DNA of 63,659 nt, filler included, from Trichomonas gallinae (Eukaryota), in assembly GCA_008369845.1 (NCBI GenBank). It is 5 parts of 5 records of this genome, joined end to end, with 100 filler letters (N's around TTAATTAATTAA, not from the genome) between each part and the next. Parts side by side here need not be neighbours in the genome. Positions count along the whole stretch, not along the records: positions 1 to 11,152 come from MRSU01000094.1; 4 more parts are not named here. The stretch is one strand, 5' to 3'. The translations under genes were made by a program, and so were the position numbers. This document shows, one piece after another, positions 1 to 11,252 of this stretch (its first letter is position 1; the number at the start of each line of letters is the position of its first letter). The notes beneath the pieces were generated by a model. It ran no database searches. It had not been told where the DNA came from and saw only the letters and a program-made list of their open reading frames with translations.

Positions 1-545
1 TCCCAAACTCCATTTTCCCAATCTTCCAGGCAAAAATAACCTTTTATTGATTTACATTTTTTGACAAATAAAATATTTACAAGGCAAAAAGAGTGCCAAA
101 CAAAATTGAAAATCGTCACTTTTCTTTCCACTATTTACATGTCAAATATGTCATGTTATAATGTTTCCATTAACACTCCAATATATTGATTCAATATTAT
201 TGAAGCTTCGTTAGTTCATTTCAGCATCATTGATATATATTTATTTGTCAAATTTATTATATTTACAATGTCAGTTTGTCAATTTTTGGCAAAATATAAA
301 AGTGTCATTTAAATTGTTTTGTCACGTAAAATGTTTTTTTGCATTTCTTTGGCGGATCCAATAACATTGATTAATCTATCTTAGAAAGTTTCACATGCAT
401 AATAAGTATATACAGCCCTTATTCAACTGTTATACAGTGTTATATAGTTCAAAATCTTTGTGTTATCGTCTGTCCTCTTAGTAAAACGATTTTTTGTCAC
501 TTTTTATAATTTTCGTCACAATTGTCACTTTTTTCAATCAAAATT

Positions 546-3500
546 ATGGATGAAAATTTTGAGCGAATTGCTCGTTGTATGAAGTTCGACGTTTCAAAAG
601 CGATTGACCTAATTAACGAATACCTATGCGACAGCACTTACAAGACAATTAACGAGCTAAAATCATATTATGCATCGAAATCAATTCCAATATCTTGCAT
701 GAACGTTTGGACGGAAGGTACAATAGCAGCACGTTGCTATGATTGCCAAAAGGCAGATAATTCCTGCATTTGTTTGGAATGTTTTAAAAATTCAGATCAC
801 AAACATCACAAAGTTTCGTTATTTTCTGTTTCTTATGGAGCATGTGACTGTGGTGATCAAGAAATGTTCAAAGAATTAGGCTATTGCCACTTTCACACAC
901 CCATTACTAATCAAAATTTCGAAATACAAAATGATCATCGCGAAAAATTTACCAAAGTTCTGAAATTAATATTCGAATACATCCCATTTTACTCATCTTT
1001 TGAATCCTCGTCAGCAATTAAGCTTTACAATTGGATTTTTGATTGGGCATATCGAAGTCCTCAGATTTTTGTACTTATCACTAATGTTTTAGTTGAAAAT
1101 TTCGATTTAAGCAGTTATATATTGAAAACAGGTACATATGACTACAAAGTGCTTACTCTCTTCAAAAAATTTATTTTATTATTTTCAAAAATTGATAAAT
1201 TCGGTATTTTATTCACTAAAATTTCAATACAAAGCATTCCTAAGATTACAATGGTGCTATCTAAGCTCGGTCTTAACACTAGAAGGGGAAATGATGTTTC
1301 ACCATTTATCCAGTTTAAAACTATCACTGATGCATTCTTTTTATGCTACAGGCAGTATGTACTGAAGGAAATTATCAACGAAATAGACTGGCAATCATCA
1401 CTTTTAGAGTCATATAATGTTTTAATTCACATGGCTCTTTCTGATTATATTACAGGAATATTGGGACCGAATATATTATCCAAAATATTGACAGATATAT
1501 CAATGATTCTTCAAAATATTTTATTAAATATAACTGATCAAAACATTTTAACAGATTTCATGATGAAATTCATTAATATTATATTAAAGATAGAAGGAAA
1601 GTTTGTCTTAGATACATCAATTCGAAATCTTTTGCCTGGTTTTGGAAGAATTGAATATTTACAAATTGCTGACGAAGCACATGAATTAGTTACTGTCCTT
1701 GCAAAGCTAAAGGTCAAGAATCTTTCCATTTGTGATATTTTCGTCAAGAACGTCTTAAATCAGCTTTCTTCAAATAATTACGAAAATTTCGATGATTTAA
1801 TCATATATCACAGATTCTTTGCTGCAGAAAACGTTAAAACAAGCTTCTCACTTTCCCTCCACTTTTTGGCTTATCAACAGCTACTTAATGAAGAAAATAA
1901 TTTAATTAATTCGTTCAAAAAGCTTGCTAAGTCAAATAATTACGCATATGATGATTTTGCAATTTACTGGAGTCTGCTGCCGCTGCGTATTCTTGGTTTC
2001 ATTCAATTAAATACATTTCAATTAATAACATTGGACGAACTCGTTTCTAACCGCATGAATAGCCAGATTAGACTGAATATGATACACCTTCTTTATCAGC
2101 CAGCTTTTTGCTTAGTTCAAACGATGCTTGGAATTATTGAAGACAAAGATGCATTTTTGAGGATGATTATCAACACATTTGGTCTTAATTCGAACTTGGT
2201 TGGCGACTATGAAGTTGGTCTTATTGAATTCAATGTTTTATCTTTTATTTGCGGATTAATCTTTGATAGATCACTTGCAAGCAATGATATAAGGACAATA
2301 AGACGAATGGTCTTCATCACTATGCTTTTAAACGGAGTCCACGATTTAGATGAATTAATGATCGGATTAAAATCCGAAATAAACAACAAAGAAGTCATAG
2401 AAGACTTTTTGAGCTGCGCGAGAAAGATACCCGGCACAAACAAATTCGAATTATACAATAGCTCAGGATGGAGTGTTGTTTTACCATATGTACCATCTAT
2501 TAATATACATCACGCTGTTCTACAAAAACTCATGCAAGGCACTGGTTTGCTTCCTTTCCCAGAATGGGTAGAACCCGAAAGTCGAATTCACTTAAAATCA
2601 GTTTTATGCTCTCCGTTATTATATGCATTGATTTTCCAGATTTTATCGAACACAATTCATTGCTCAGGAAGAACAGATCCAGTCACATGCAATGTCTGCC
2701 TCGGATTGATTGTAAAAATAGGCGAAATATGTCCAGGAAATCCAAAAGAATATTGCAAATTCCAATCAATATGTTCCATCAAAGCAAAGAATTTAGATGA
2801 ACTCGCAAAAGCTCTTCCAAAGAATTTCTACGCTTTTGTGAGATTGAGCATCTCATACATGGGAAGAGAGACAACATCAGTCTTGCAAATGCTCGAATAC
2901 CTCGGAAGAATAGCAGATAGAATTTTCCACGTTTTGGATCCTAAGAAAGTCACAACTCCATCTTCTCCACGTGTTTTACAGGAAAAGAAATCAATTGTCA
3001 CAAAAGCGCAGAACTTAGCTATAGAATATATATGGAACATTCCACCTCCTTTCGTTTCTCACAAAGTTGTCAACGCGAATTATCAGAAATGTATGATATG
3101 CGCGCAAAAAGAAAATTTGTTTTTGCCAGTTAAATCATTTTACACCTATTTGGCGCAATTCATCAACATGAAGCCATCAAAGATCAAATCCATCATAGCA
3201 TGCCCACACTCAGTGCATCCTGATTGCATACAAGATAAAACAAATTATCAATGCTCGATAGATAATTTTAAGCCAAATAGCTTCATGCCATTAAATCCAA
3301 CAAAAGAAACAGCAGGAAATTATTTGAATTCGCTCTTCTCATCAAATAAAGGAAGGACTTCTTTGTGTGTTAATACACTCACGTACGAAGTTCACGCAAT
3401 TGAAGTCAGACACAGAACAAATCCTTTCGCACTAGATAACACGAACCAAAGAATTCTTTTAGAAAAAACATTTATCTGCGCTCAATTAGTTGATGATATT

Positions 3501-4142
3501 TTAGAAGATTTAGTTGTTGACGATCCAGTTGCTTCACTTATGATATTGATGATATCTAATTCATCTGTTGAATCATTCAAATCTCTTTTCATGTCATTGG
3601 CTTTGGATATGAATCCAGTTGAAAAATTAATCTTCGCAAGATGCGCGAGAATCGTTGCATGGTTCTTATACAACATGCAGGCAAAGGACTGGGATGATGA
3701 GTTATCGAGTTCGACTCTCAGTACTTTCTTCGGCGTTGATTTGAAAGATGAAAAACTGGAAAAATTCATTTTCACAAATTTGGAAGAAAGCTATGCATAC
3801 ATGATGGTAAAAGGCGATCCAACAAGTTTGAACACTTGCTACATGGATTTATTGACAGGAGATTTCGTGTCAGAATCAAAATACTCTGTCTTTAAGCAAG
3901 TTTCTCAACATATACAAGAAAAGTTTGATGGAACATTTTCTATATTTTTGTCACTCGTCAAATCCGGCCAAGTCGTCATCATGGATGGTAATGGAAACCA
4001 ATATACATTAGACCCACTCTATCTCAATGATTACAAGATTGAACTCGGAATTGATTCATGCTACAGCTTGTCTATTGACAGACATGATAATATTGTTGAT
4101 CAGTTATTATCAGGATATTGGAGAAACAAAGTTGATAATTAA
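546..4142 (+). CDS. UBR-box zinc finger (N-recognin) family E3 ubiquitin ligase
   Basis: N-terminal UBR box (CMNVW..ARCYDC...SCICLECF..SDHKHH...GACDCGD...YCHFH) and a later RING-like CxxC...CPHSVHPDC...C. First ATG is at 546 (track starts at TTG 522), with Inr-like TCACT just upstream. Confidence 0.85.
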   Translation: MDENFERIARCMKFDVSKAIDLINEYLCDSTYKTINELKSYYASKSIPISCMNVWTEGTIAARCYDCQKADNSCICLECFKNSDHKHHKVSLFSVSYGACDCGDQEMFKELGYCHFHTPITNQNFEIQNDHREKFTKVLKLIFEYIPFYSSFESSSAIKLYNWIFDWAYRSPQIFVLITNVLVENFDLSSYILKTGTYDYKVLTLFKKFILLFSKIDKFGILFTKISIQSIPKITMVLSKLGLNTRRGNDVSPFIQFKTITDAFFLCYRQYVLKEIINEIDWQSSLLESYNVLIHMALSDYITGILGPNILSKILTDISMILQNILLNITDQNILTDFMMKFINIILKIEGKFVLDTSIRNLLPGFGRIEYLQIADEAHELVTVLAKLKVKNLSICDIFVKNVLNQLSSNNYENFDDLIIYHRFFAAENVKTSFSLSLHFLAYQQLLNEENNLINSFKKLAKSNNYAYDDFAIYWSLLPLRILGFIQLNTFQLITLDELVSNRMNSQIRLNMIHLLYQPAFCLVQTMLGIIEDKDAFLRMIINTFGLNSNLVGDYEVGLIEFNVLSFICGLIFDRSLASNDIRTIRRMVFITMLLNGVHDLDELMIGLKSEINNKEVIEDFLSCARKIPGTNKFELYNSSGWSVVLPYVPSINIHHAVLQKLMQGTGLLPFPEWVEPESRIHLKSVLCSPLLYALIFQILSNTIHCSGRTDPVTCNVCLGLIVKIGEICPGNPKEYCKFQSICSIKAKNLDELAKALPKNFYAFVRLSISYMGRETTSVLQMLEYLGRIADRIFHVLDPKKVTTPSSPRVLQEKKSIVTKAQNLAIEYIWNIPPPFVSHKVVNANYQKCMICAQKENLFLPVKSFYTYLAQFINMKPSKIKSIIACPHSVHPDCIQDKTNYQCSIDNFKPNSFMPLNPTKETAGNYLNSLFSSNKGRTSLCVNTLTYEVHAIEVRHRTNPFALDNTNQRILLEKTFICAQLVDDILEDLVVDDPVASLMILMISNSSVESFKSLFMSLALDMNPVEKLIFARCARIVAWFLYNMQAKDWDDELSSSTLSTFFGVDLKDEKLEKFIFTNLEESYAYMMVKGDPTSLNTCYMDLLTGDFVSESKYSVFKQVSQHIQEKFDGTFSIFLSLVKSGQVVIMDGNGNQYTLDPLYLNDYKIELGIDSCYSLSIDRHDNIVDQLLSGYWRNKVDN

Positions 4143-4984
4143 TTTGTTTTTAATTAGGTTTTCTCTCCTCAAGGAAAATACTCATATAGGAACTCTAATT
4201 ATTATTTAAACAATGTTTGTATTTCTTAATTTATTTTTTTCTTCGTTTATAACTAGGTTTCTATTTTAGGTCTCTTTTTCAAAATTATAATCGAAATTGA
4301 ATTTTGGGTTGAAATAGTTATACTTTGCAAATCAAAACTCAAAATTCAACGATATAGCGATTGTAAATTGCTTAAAAAGTAACAAAACAAAGTTTTGTCA
4401 CGTATTGAATGAGTTCAAAAGAAAATATTAGAATGATTTTAGCTGTAAAATATAGTTGACTAAATCAACGACACTATCATTGCCAATGGCCACTATTTTT
4501 TAGCAAAATTTAATGTGATAATCATGATAATTTTGATAAAGTCATATTATGTAGGGATCTCGTTTGGTGCTAATAGTGAAGATTCTGGCACAAGTATTTT
4601 GTAACGATTAGTAATAAATTGATTCATGAATAATAATGTTAATGCTTTGTTTAAGGGTGCACGGTAAAAGATATGTAGAGTATTGATAATATCTGACAAT
4701 CATATATTTATTCTTGAGTTTTCACAAAATCAATAAGAGATTTCCAAAGATCATGTGGTACAATAAACAGCAGTATTGTTATCAATGCATATGCTCTCGT
4801 TTTAACAAAATCTGTTGGGAATTCAAGAATTGGGAATTTTTTTTTTTGTGATTTTTTCTATTTTTTGAAGATTTTAAACCTATCTTATCCAAAATTTTTA
4901 TAACGAATATTTTGGCAAAATGTCTTATTTTTTTTTTTCTTTTCTTCTTTTTTTTTGAATGCATGGCTTATCATTTTGTGTTTA

Positions 4985-7375
4985 ATGAGTGAATGCAAAT
5001 GTGCCTTGTGTGGATGCACCAATAAAAGATCCCTAGCTAAGGTAGTCGATGAAGATATTTGGCTTTGCAACACGTTCTGTGATGCAGAAGGAAAAATGAG
5101 CCATTTATTTAGATATTTGAAAAGAAATTCAGATCATGAAATATCTCTACATCCTGAAAACGAATTCAAGAAAGAATTAAAATGCCAAATTTGTGGAAAC
5201 ACAAATATCTTTGTTTTAGGATTTTTACAAATAAATAATGAAAAATGCATCGTATGTAATGACATAAAATGCCTAAATAACGAACAATTCCAAGGCAATA
5301 AACACTTTACTCCTATAATAGCATCAGGAAGATTTGATGAAGAAATATTAGAGTCACCAAAGCAAAATCCTGAAGGAGTAACTTCAGAAGATGTTAGCAA
5401 GAAATTCAACGAGCTAATTGGAATGGATGATGAGAAAGAAAAACGATATCTTCCTCATACAAAAGATAAATATGAATCTGCAGAAGAATTTGTTAACATC
5501 AACACAGAATTAATTCAAGCTGAATCAATTGCAGACATAGTTAAATGCAAACAATCCACAGTTAATTTCGAAAACGTAAAATGGAAAGATAAAACGAAAT
5601 TCATCGTAACATTGACGAAAAAATCTCAGAAAAGAATCTTCAAGAACATTGTTGCTGTTCAAATCAACAAGAAAAAAGGAGGAATCCCAGAAATTGCTTA
5701 TCTTGAATTCTCAACGAAATGGAATGAACTTGAATTCCATATCGAAAATCCATCAAAGTTCTACTTGTCAGATAAACTCAAACTCACACCAATATCAAAT
5801 GCAGTTACTGCAGCTCGTCAAATTGAAGCAATCAATACATTCATGAAGCCTGAAAAAAACAAAAAAACAAATGCATTTTTCGAATCGGATACTTATATGC
5901 AATATAAAAACGTTTTTCTTGGACAAATTGATTTCGCTGCATTCTGGAGATGCAATTTCCAAAAATACATAGATCTTGTTTTCCCAGACAATTTCCCGAA
6001 ACTCAATCGCGCACAAGTTGAAGCTGCAAAAAGTGCGCTTTCACACAAATTCACAATCATCCAAGGCCCACCAGGAACAGGTAAAACAACAACAATTGTT
6101 GCAATTGTTAATTCTCTTGTTGCAGCAAATCAAACTCCAGTTTTGGTTGTTGGCCACTCGAACATCACAGCTGATATGGTCTGCAAAGCACTCTCAGACT
6201 ATAAATTAGATACAAAACGTGTCTTGTCAACTGTCATTGAAGATCACATTTCAGTCGTTATGAATGATGAAACAGTCGAAAGTACCGTTGATTATTCAAT
6301 CCCAGGTTTCAAAAGATCTGATTTCTCAACATTTCAAATGGCTTTGAAAGAATTTGAAGAGACATTTGGACGCCCATATGAGAAAAAATCTCGTGAAGAT
6401 TATAAGGAATTGAGAAAAATTGAAAGCAAATATATTAAGGAAAGCAAAGTCATTTGCTGCACAACATCTACATCAGGAAGTGGCAGAATGACAAATAAAA
6501 ACGGTATCCCATTAGAATTCAAAGCTGTGATTTTTGATGAAGCTGGACAATGTGTTGATCCAGATTTCATCATCTCATTATGTCACAGACCTCTTCGCAC
6601 TATTCTCGTTGGTGACATCAAACAACTTGGCCCAGTATTGATCTCAAATAATGTGAAAAACTCTGGATTCGCAGAAAATGTTTTGCACAGACTCGACAAA
6701 ATCAATATTACTCCAATCCTTCTTGATAGGCAGTACAGAATGCATCCAAGAATCATGGAATTCCCTTCTGATACATTCTACAATTCTCTTGTCAAGTCAG
6801 GAATTTCAGCTGAAGACAGAAAATTCAATTTCAGAGGAGAAGGAATCAAATGGCCAAACCCAGAATTCGGTCCTCTTCTCTTCTGGGATGTAGAAGGAAC
6901 TGAGCAGATCGGTCCCAATGGAGTGAGCAGACTTTGTGTCGAGCAAGCAAAAGCAACTGCTGAGATTATCGACAAACTCATCGATTCTGGTGTCCAACCA
7001 ACTTCAATCGGCGTCATTTCTCCATATAATGCTCATAATGACTACATGGTTGATTATCTTGCTGACATTTGCACTGTAGCAAATGAAAATGATATTGATG
7101 ATATCGAAATTTCGACAGTTGATGCATTTCAAGGACGCGAAAAAGATTTTATCATCTTCAATCTCGTCAGGTCTAATGATTTAAACGACATTGGCTTCAT
7201 GAGAGACTTAACACGCTTGAATGTATCTATCACAAGAGCCAAATATGGCCTCTTCGTCATTGGAAATACAAAGACATTCATTTCGAATTCAGATTATATG
7301 AAATGGATTAATTATTTCCAGCAAAATGGAGCTTTAGTTGAAGGACAACATTATTCTGAACTTAAAGTTAAATAA
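4985..7375 (+). CDS. UPF1: Upf1-like superfamily 1 helicase (regulator of nonsense transcripts 1 family), divergent
   Basis: N-terminal CH-like domain (CALCG...WLCN...SHL...HEISLHP...CQICGNTNIFVLGF), Walker A QGPPGTGKT, DEAGQ, GDxKQLGP, QYRMHP, VDAFQGREKD, RLNVSITRAK. ATG 4985 follows TCATT at 4971. Confidence 0.9.
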   Translation: MSECKCALCGCTNKRSLAKVVDEDIWLCNTFCDAEGKMSHLFRYLKRNSDHEISLHPENEFKKELKCQICGNTNIFVLGFLQINNEKCIVCNDIKCLNNEQFQGNKHFTPIIASGRFDEEILESPKQNPEGVTSEDVSKKFNELIGMDDEKEKRYLPHTKDKYESAEEFVNINTELIQAESIADIVKCKQSTVNFENVKWKDKTKFIVTLTKKSQKRIFKNIVAVQINKKKGGIPEIAYLEFSTKWNELEFHIENPSKFYLSDKLKLTPISNAVTAARQIEAINTFMKPEKNKKTNAFFESDTYMQYKNVFLGQIDFAAFWRCNFQKYIDLVFPDNFPKLNRAQVEAAKSALSHKFTIIQGPPGTGKTTTIVAIVNSLVAANQTPVLVVGHSNITADMVCKALSDYKLDTKRVLSTVIEDHISVVMNDETVESTVDYSIPGFKRSDFSTFQMALKEFEETFGRPYEKKSREDYKELRKIESKYIKESKVICCTTSTSGSGRMTNKNGIPLEFKAVIFDEAGQCVDPDFIISLCHRPLRTILVGDIKQLGPVLISNNVKNSGFAENVLHRLDKINITPILLDRQYRMHPRIMEFPSDTFYNSLVKSGISAEDRKFNFRGEGIKWPNPEFGPLLFWDVEGTEQIGPNGVSRLCVEQAKATAEIIDKLIDSGVQPTSIGVISPYNAHNDYMVDYLADICTVANENDIDDIEISTVDAFQGREKDFIIFNLVRSNDLNDIGFMRDLTRLNVSITRAKYGLFVIGNTKTFISNSDYMKWINYFQQNGALVEGQHYSELKVK

Positions 7376-7768
7376 TTTTTTTTTTCAAAAATAAAAACAT
7401 CATTTATAAAAAGTCACATATTGTATAATATAAAATAGCTTCATTTAATTTGTATTTGCTGTATTTTGGATACAATACATCAAATATAGATGTCTAAAAA
7501 AGAAATATTAAAAAAGATAGTGTGAAATTCAATTTTTCATCATGAGAAAAAAAAAATTCAATTATAAATTGATTCGTTTCAAATTGGCGTGCAATAATGA
7601 ATCAAACATTTAAGGATGCGGAAAAATCCATATGCGTAAAAATTTATTCACACGCCATAACCGTAAGCATGTTCGAAAACGATAAAATAAACCAAAATAT
7701 TACTTTGCGTTATTTTACGACATTTTACTGTGTTATTGACAAATTCTTAACGATGAAATATCTGTATT

Positions 7769-8165
7769 ATGGATTTTATTACCCATTTTTTATCGGCCGA
7801 GATTTTTTGCGTACGCAGAATTTTTGATCATTTCATTAGCTATCCAAATTATGAAGGATCAAAGCTTGCTTTTGAGATGAATCGTGAAGTTTACCGACAT
7901 AAGAAGTCAGCGCTTTGCTGGATAGAAAAAAACTTAAATCAAATCAATGAACTGCTTTCAAGCACGAGTTTCACTGCAGAGTTTGATGATCATACAAGCG
8001 AGAGAATCTGCTCGTTGGGTCTTCATCATACACCCTTGCCAACGAAAATTTTACAAATCTATCAGTTCTGTCGAAATTGATGAGCATGGAAAGCACATTG
8101 TATTAGGGAAAAGAATGCGATCTATCCAGCATAAGTCTAATCTATTGGATGCGATTCCCACCTGA
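7769..8165 (+). pseudogene. Short frameshifted coding-like remnant of unknown family
   Basis: Two overlapping ORFs (7769..8080 and 7947..8165) in different frames with coding-like composition, followed by a hairpin at about 8206-8250. No recognisable domain. Confidence 0.3.
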
Positions 8166-8205
8166 AGAATGTATTTTCCTTTCCTAAAACTATATCAAAG
8201 TGTAA

Positions 8206-8250
8206 TAGTCACTTTCTATAGTTCGCTGCGCTCACTATAAAAAATGACTA
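8206..8250. repeat. Imperfect palindrome/hairpin with a GC-rich loop
   Basis: TAGTCACTTTCTATAG-ttcgctgcgctca-CTATAAAAAATGACTA: 16-nt arms with 2 mismatches. Confidence 0.75.
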
Positions 8251-8475
8251 ACATTTTGTTAACATATTTGAGATAAATTTTAATCATACATTACTTCTTA
8301 CTGACGTTGTACTAATAAAATACAATTTATAAATCAAAGATATAACTGTTTTTTAAACCTTTTTACGATTTATCAAAAATTTCAAAATTGATTTCATTAT
8401 TTTGCAAAACACATTCAAAATGATACGAACAGATTTTACTAAGTAATTTTGAATTCAAAATTAAAAAAAACATGT

Positions 8476-10560
8476 TTAAATTATTTGTAATAAATTAAAT
8501 ACAGTCATCCGATTAGGATCATGTATTTTAGATGATTTAATATCATCTTTTGTAATATATCCATTTTCTATCAGATACTTAAGTGATTGGTAGTGTCCAT
8601 GCGCTATGCAGAACTCTTTGTCAATTTTTATCCCTTTTTCGATAAGAGTTTTGATAATTTTATGATAACCTCCGACTACTGCGTAGTCCATAGCATTGTG
8701 ACCTTCTGAATTGCATGCATTAAGATCGCAGTTATGATCAGAAAGGAATTGAACAAGATCATGATGACCATATTTGCATGCAATGTGAATAGGACGGACA
8801 CCATTGATGTTTGCTTCATTAACATTAAATCCTAAATTGATGAGAGTTTCAACATTATTGATTTTTCCACTTCTGCATGCAAGACACAAAGCATCAAGAT
8901 CATTTGATGTGGCAATATGCAAATAACTTGGAAACTTTTTCATTATATTGTTGCCAACTATGCATGCAAAGAAAAATAACAAATCATCTTCTGATGAAAT
9001 CACTTGTCCAAGTTTTGATTCGTTGGTCGATTTTACAAATTTTCTTTCATTAAAGCATCCAACAGATATCTTCGGAATTACATCTGAAAAAACTATTGTT
9101 TCGTTAATTAGGTCATGAATAATAGCTTCAGTGGTTTTACCTGTTCTATTCAATCGTGCAATAAAAATTAAATCGCAAATTGAAAATTTGATTTGCTCAT
9201 ATAATTGTAAGAACACTGTTGATTGGTTATATTCCCAAATATCGAAAAGAACGTTATAATGATCATATGTAGCTGGTTCATATAAATATTTGAACACTGT
9301 TTGAATCGTTTCAACAGAAGCTATGAAAGAATATTTCATTAACTTCTCTTTTTTCTTTCGTGTTAATGCTGCCAATATAAAGTTTTGCTGTAAAAGTTTA
9401 TCTAAAATTTTATAAGCGCTATTTAAAACTTGTATCACAAGGAATTTGTATAGAGACATGTTGCATTGATAAATGAGAGTTTTAAGATATTCCATGTCAT
9501 TGTAAATAAGTGCTCCATGCCAAGGAAGTGAAGTTTCTCCAGCATAATTTGAATAAGCATCTTTAATAGATTGTGTAATTGTTTTTGGTCGATAATCTCC
9601 ATCATTAATATTATCAAAACAATCAAGAACAGCATAATGATTCTCTTCAAGTGCTATTTCCTTTAAATGTTGCTGGCGTTTCATTAGATCTGGATATTGA
9701 TTTAAGAAATATTTTATTATATGCAAATGACCCCAAACGAATGCTTTCTTTGCCATAAAGCTTATATCTTTCTCATAATCAACAAATATTTTGATAGCTT
9801 CAAGATTCCCTGCGGCAATTAATCTAACAATAATATCATGAAAATCAATTTTGATTTTATTTTTTGTTATAAAATCTAATATAAATTTCGCAGTGAATCG
9901 CAAATTATTTAATGCGATAATTGGTAAAATGTTTTGAATTTCTTCAGCAGTTAAATTTTCAAGCAAAACTGTAGCTAGCTCTTTATCTTGATTTATAAAT
10001 CGTATTATGGTTGCGATATTATTTCTTATTATAAATCGCTCCGACAATTGAGTCTCTCCGAATGTGATGGGATCATGTTCATTCTGTGAATTTGTTTCAT
10101 TTACATTTGTTTTGTCATTTGTATTATTTAAATCCTTTTCATGACTTATTTGATTTAAATTTGATTGGGTTTTTGTATCATCTGAATCTGTTTCGAAACT
10201 AAAAATTTCGCAACATAATGATAAATTTCTTGATTTCGGCTTGGTAATATGCGAATATATATTTGTTAAAGCCGGAATGTCAATAGTTTCGAGAATAATT
10301 TTAATAATTTCCAAATTTTGCTTATTATCGGTAGGTAGTACTTCTTTTATTTCTAATAAAAATTTTATGACAATATTTTCATCATAAAATGAACGCATAT
10401 GTTTAATAAAAGTTACAAATCTTTGGAAATTAAATTCTGTGCGTTTAATGATTTCGATAACATCTTCGGGTTCAAATAGCTTGAAAAGGTAATCAGTTTC
10501 AATGAACGAATCAATCCTCTTCGCAACGTCGTTGAAATCAAGGCTTATAGATGGAATCAT
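8476..10560 (-). CDS. Ankyrin repeat protein
   Basis: C-terminal ankyrin repeats (DALCLACRSGKINNVETLINLGFNVN; GVRPIHIACKYGHHDLVQFL; GHNAMDYAVVGGYHKIIKTLIEKG). N-terminus LDFNDVAKRIDSFI...LFEPEDVIEII resembles trichomonad ankyrin families. ATG at 10560. Confidence 0.85.
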   Translation of the reverse strand: MIPSISLDFNDVAKRIDSFIETDYLFKLFEPEDVIEIIKRTEFNFQRFVTFIKHMRSFYDENIVIKFLLEIKEVLPTDNKQNLEIIKIILETIDIPALTNIYSHITKPKSRNLSLCCEIFSFETDSDDTKTQSNLNQISHEKDLNNTNDKTNVNETNSQNEHDPITFGETQLSERFIIRNNIATIIRFINQDKELATVLLENLTAEEIQNILPIIALNNLRFTAKFILDFITKNKIKIDFHDIIVRLIAAGNLEAIKIFVDYEKDISFMAKKAFVWGHLHIIKYFLNQYPDLMKRQQHLKEIALEENHYAVLDCFDNINDGDYRPKTITQSIKDAYSNYAGETSLPWHGALIYNDMEYLKTLIYQCNMSLYKFLVIQVLNSAYKILDKLLQQNFILAALTRKKKEKLMKYSFIASVETIQTVFKYLYEPATYDHYNVLFDIWEYNQSTVFLQLYEQIKFSICDLIFIARLNRTGKTTEAIIHDLINETIVFSDVIPKISVGCFNERKFVKSTNESKLGQVISSEDDLLFFFACIVGNNIMKKFPSYLHIATSNDLDALCLACRSGKINNVETLINLGFNVNEANINGVRPIHIACKYGHHDLVQFLSDHNCDLNACNSEGHNAMDYAVVGGYHKIIKTLIEKGIKIDKEFCIAHGHYQSLKYLIENGYITKDDIKSSKIHDPNRMTVFNLLQII

Positions 10561-11045
10561 CCATCCAACTGAAAAACGGTTTTTATCGTCAAAATTTTTC
10601 AAAAAAATACGATTATTTTCGAGTCAAAAATTTTGACGCTTTCACGCCCGTAAACGCATGAAATATTTCAGCATAATATGCATTAATATAAAAGAGAATT
10701 TCATGATACTGTATTCACAAAATAGCGGTGTAGATATTTTGCATGTGTATAGAGCAATTAAATGCCAATGTTTCAAGTTCCAAATTGTATTTTCATGTGT
10801 TACTACATCCCTTAATATAAAAATAGATATTATAAAAAGGCATTTTTATTGTATGGAAAATTTAGATAAATCAATGAGGACAGATTGTTAGAACAGACAA
10901 TTTAATCCTTGCTTGTAATGAAAATATGGATTTACATAGCCAATTCACTCCAAACTTTGGCAATAAACTATTGAGCTAATCTAATATGCATAGATGATAT
11001 AGATTTCTTGTAATGATTTTGTTAATCCGATTTTGTAAATTTTAG

Positions 11046-11106
11046 CAAAATGTTTGACACTTTTGCGGGTTGAGCTCAAAACCGCATAAAGTGTCAATAC
11101 ATTTTG
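11046..11106. repeat. About 60-bp imperfect palindrome centred on GAGCTC
   Basis: CAAAATGTTTGACACTTTTGCGGGTTGAG|CTCAAAACCGCATAAAGTGTCAATACATTTTG. The arms are complementary apart from small bulges and mismatches. Confidence 0.8.
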
Positions 11107-11152
11107 AAATAGTTGTTATTCTTTTCAAGGTGAATTCAAAATTGAATGAAAC

Positions 11153-11252
11153 NNNNNNNNNNNNNNNNNNNNNNNNNNNNNNNNNNNNNNNNNNNNTTAA
11201 TTAATTAANNNNNNNNNNNNNNNNNNNNNNNNNNNNNNNNNNNNNNNNNNNN
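11153..11252. other. Artificial contig spacer (N44-TTAATTAATTAA-N44)
   Basis: The same 100-nt construct occurs four times, and TTAATTAATTAA gives stops in all six frames. Confidence 0.97.
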
